Shown piece by piece: positions 61,329 through 64,000 of a stretch of 64,000 nt of DNA. The notes under the pieces were generated by a model. That model made no database searches and had not been told where the DNA came from. It saw only the letters and a list, made by a program, of their open reading frames with translations. The translations under genes were made by a program, and so were the position numbers. The DNA comes from a bacterium (GTDB lineage Bacteria > JAAXHH01), in contig OZ220749.1 in the NCBI GenBank assembly GCA_965117045.1, positions 1,896,105-1,960,104 of the forward strand. Direction: 5' to 3'. Within the stretch, counting starts at the first letter, position 1; each line of letters starts with the position of its first letter.

Positions 61329-61422
61329 AAAGGGTCCATCCCGGTGAGCAATCGGCCTGGAAACGCATGCCGGACGCCAGGCGAACTGCGGCGGACAAAA
61401 CAGGGACTGATCCGGACTGATC

Positions 61423-61686
61423 TTACTCGATGACGTCCAGGCGCGACAGCATCGTGTCTATGCGTGCCTTGATGTCGTCCTGCTTGACGCGCAACGCCTG
61501 GTTTTCCTGTTCCAGTTCTTCTTTCGAGGTAACCGACTGCTCCTGCTGCTGCTGCAGTTCCTGAATCTGCGTCTCGAGGTTCTGGTTCCGGCCCCGCAGA
61601 TCCGCGTTCTCGTCCTTCAGCTGCTGGATCAGGTCGATCATTGTTTCGATCCGGCCCAGCAGCAGCTCGATGGATTGTTCTTGCAT
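61423..61686 (-). CDS. Coiled-coil protein, ZapB-like / DUF904-like
   Basis: 87 aa, entirely heptad-rich (LIQQLKDENADLRGRNQNLETQIQELQ). Sits in the conserved position next to zapA. Confidence 0.6.
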   Translation of the reverse strand: MQEQSIELLLGRIETMIDLIQQLKDENADLRGRNQNLETQIQELQQQQEQSVTSKEELEQENQALRVKQDDIKARIDTMLSRLDVIE

Positions 61687-61728
61687 GAATCCCTCCGCAA
61701 AGGTGTATTCCTTCGCGCCTCGACGACG

Positions 61729-64000
61729 CTAGGAGCGAAGTTCCGCCCGGTACCGGCTCACCAGCCGGCGCAGCACCTTGTCCTGAAGCCGCGTGACTTC
61801 AGCGTCCGTCAGCGTCCGTTCTCCGGACCTGAACCGCATGGCGTACGCCATGCTCTTGCTCTGGGCCGCGATCTGCGTCCCCCGGTAGACGTCGAACAGT
61901 TCGACCGCTTCCAGGAGATCACCGCTACACGCGCGGATTTCTTTCAGTATGTCCCGATGAGTAACCTCTTCGGGCACGACAATGGCCAGGTCTCTCTCGA
62001 CCGCGGGGAACTTGGGCGGCGCGCGATAGGTCCTTCGATCGGACGCCTGGCCGAAGAGGACACCGCAGTCGATTACCCCCATCCATACGGGTTCCCGGAT
62101 CTCGTAACGGCCGAGGACCCGTTGCGCCACCGCGCCGATTCGGCCCGCCCGCACCCCGTCCGCGAGCAGTTCGCCGGTCCGGTCGGCGTCGAACAATGGA
62201 TCGACTTTATCATACGAGACGGTTTCGACCCTGTCAAGTCCTAACCGGCCGAGCAAAGCTTCCGCCAGACCCTTCAAATCGAATAAATCGAAAGCCTCCT
62301 GAGGGCCGTCCCAGTGCGGGCTGTGGCGCTGCCCAGTGACGGCGATACAGAGTTGTTCGGGTTCGTCGGGAAGGCCTTCTTCTTTCGCCCAGAACACGCG
62401 CCCGGCCTCGAAGATCCGGATGTCCCGCACCTTGCGATTGGCGTTCCAGCGCACGACGCCCAGTACGGAGGCCGCCAGGCTCGTGCGCATGGCGGAGAGT
62501 TCGGGGCTCAGGGGATTGTCGATCATGACGCTGGGACGGGACGGATCGATGAGCCGGTTCAGGTCCGGGTGCAGGAGACTGTGGGTGACCACCTCCGTGA
62601 AGCCGAACCCGGTCATCGCGTCGCGCAGGCGCCGCTGGTCGTCCTGCTTGCCGCGGCGGGCCTCCTCCCGTTCCCGGGCTTCAGCCGAATCGTCGCGGGC
62701 CGGCGCAGAAGCCGCCGGTTCGATCTTGTCGTAGCCATAGAGACGGGCGACCTCCTCGATCAGGTCCACTTCGCGGAACACGTCCCGCCGGAACGACGGC
62801 GCGACGACCTCGAGGTCCACGTCGTCGGGCCGCACGTCGAACCGCAACCGGCGCAGCAGCGCGGCGATCTCGTCGCGGTCCAGGCCGGTGCCCAGCAGTC
62901 CGTTCACGCGGCTCAAGCGCAACCGGATCACCGGGTCGGGCACGGCCGGGGTCCGGACGTCGATCATGCCTTTCGCCACCACCCCCCCGGCCACATCGGC
63001 AATCAGTCCCGCGGCCCGGGCTACGGCCTCGCCCTGAAGTTCCGGGTCCATGCCCCGCTCGAACCGGCGCGACGCGTCCGTCTGCAGCTGCAGCGCCTTC
63101 GAACCCCGCCGCACCCGCACCGCGTCGAAACAGGCGCCTTCCAGGAAGACCCGGTCGGTCTCCGGGGTGATCTCGGTATCCAGTCCGCCCATTACGCCGC
63201 CGACGCCGATGCCCGTTTCGTGGTCGGCGATCATCAACACCTCGCCGTCGAGGGTACGATCCACCCCGTCCAGGGTGGTGAAGGCCTCCTCCTCCCCGGC
63301 GCGGCGGACGACGATGCCCCGGCCCGCCAGCCGGTCCAGGTCGTAGGCGTGCAGCGGCTGTCCCATTTCGAGCATGACGTAGTTCGTCACGTCGACCACG
63401 TTGCTGATGGACCGGATCCCGGCGGCTTCGATCCGCCGCTTCAGCCAGTCCGGCGAAGGTCCGATGCGGACGCCGGTGATCACGCGGCCCACGAACCGGG
63501 GGCAGTCATCGGGGGCGTCGACGCGGACGCTGGCCAGGGTGTCGACGGGAGGACCCGTTTCATCGACGACGCCGGGGGGCATGCGCAATTCGCCACCCGA
63601 CAGGGCGGTGATCTCCCGGGCCACGCCGACCAGCGAGAGGCAGTCGGGGCGGTTGGTGCCCACGTCGATGCTCAGCACCGTTTCCGGTCCGCCCACGATG
63701 TCCTTCAGGGGCCGTCCGGGCTCGATTCCGGCTTCGAGCACCATGATGCCTTCGTGATCGTCGGACAGGTTCAGTTCGGCCTCGGAGCAGATCATCCCGA
63801 AGGACTCCACCCCGCGGATCTTCGCTTTCCGGATCTCCATCCCGCCGGGCAGCGTCGCGCCGACCCGCGCGACCGGCACCTTCTGGCCGGCGGCCACGTT
63901 CGGCGCCCCGCAGATGACCTGCAGGGACTCGCCGCCCACGTCCACAGTGCAGAGTGAGAGCCGGTCGGCGTTGGGATGGCGGTCCACGCGTTCCACGTGT
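61729..64000 (-). CDS. pheT: Phenylalanine--tRNA ligase beta subunit (N-terminus beyond the window end)
   Basis: tRNA-binding domain HPNADRLSLCTVDVGG, then B3/4, B5 and FDX-ACB C-terminal domains. The reading frame stays open to position 64000. Confidence 0.95.
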   Translation of the reverse strand, partial: HVERVDRHPNADRLSLCTVDVGGESLQVICGAPNVAAGQKVPVARVGATLPGGMEIRKAKIRGVESFGMICSEAELNLSDDHEGIMVLEAGIEPGRPLKDIVGGPETVLSIDVGTNRPDCLSLVGVAREITALSGGELRMPPGVVDETGPPVDTLASVRVDAPDDCPRFVGRVITGVRIGPSPDWLKRRIEAAGIRSISNVVDVTNYVMLEMGQPLHAYDLDRLAGRGIVVRRAGEEEAFTTLDGVDRTLDGEVLMIADHETGIGVGGVMGGLDTEITPETDRVFLEGACFDAVRVRRGSKALQLQTDASRRFERGMDPELQGEAVARAAGLIADVAGGVVAKGMIDVRTPAVPDPVIRLRLSRVNGLLGTGLDRDEIAALLRRLRFDVRPDDVDLEVVAPSFRRDVFREVDLIEEVARLYGYDKIEPAASAPARDDSAEAREREEARRGKQDDQRRLRDAMTGFGFTEVVTHSLLHPDLNRLIDPSRPSVMIDNPLSPELSAMRTSLAASVLGVVRWNANRKVRDIRIFEAGRVFWAKEEGLPDEPEQLCIAVTGQRHSPHWDGPQEAFDLFDLKGLAEALLGRLGLDRVETVSYDKVDPLFDADRTGELLADGVRAGRIGAVAQRVLGRYEIREPVWMGVIDCGVLFGQASDRRTYRAPPKFPAVERDLAIVVPEEVTHRDILKEIRACSGDLLEAVELFDVYRGTQIAAQSKSMAYAMRFRSGERTLTDAEVTRLQDKVLRRLVSRYRAELRS

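Overview
High-GC (about two-thirds G+C by eye) bacterial chromosome segment, mostly core housekeeping genes. The strong antisense shadow ORFs typical of GC-rich DNA explain most of the long extra ORFs in the supplied track. Markers suggest an FCB-superphylum-like organism: a short Bacteroidetes-style primary sigma factor, a T9SS-type C-terminal sorting domain on an S8 peptidase, BamD and a LolA-like protein. This placement is inference only. Recognisable genes include smc, coaE, nadD, bamD, rimO, meaB, recJ, rnpB (RNase P RNA, found by eye), a Rieske/cytochrome b/pentaheme-cytochrome c cluster, ilvE, two tandem sigma-54 enhancer-binding proteins, trxA, ftsY, an erpA-apbC-JAMM-xdhC operon, purS(double)-purL-purQ, secA, recN, nadK, xseAB, rny, zapA and pheT. 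Points worth a second look: (1) Positions 1-2149 are visibly AT-richer. They carry a divergent pair: a DUF4007/SspB-like gene (absent from the ORF track because it runs off the window) and a DndA/SspA-like cysteine desulfurase. This is probably the edge of a DNA phosphorothioation island. (2) A PqqD-like (RiPP recognition element) gene is translationally coupled to a minimal FtsX permease, next to an ABC ATPase and an uncharacterised Cys-containing protein. (3) Many locus-specific tandem duplications sit on or just after stop codons, including a perfect 54-bp x2 over the recN stop. (4) A promoter-to-intrinsic-terminator unit of about 155 nt lies upstream of the COG1579-rnpB locus. (5) The sigma factor seems to need a non-AUG (AUC) start. 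(6) An SDR gene is frameshifted. No CRISPR array, tRNA, rRNA or transposase was seen.
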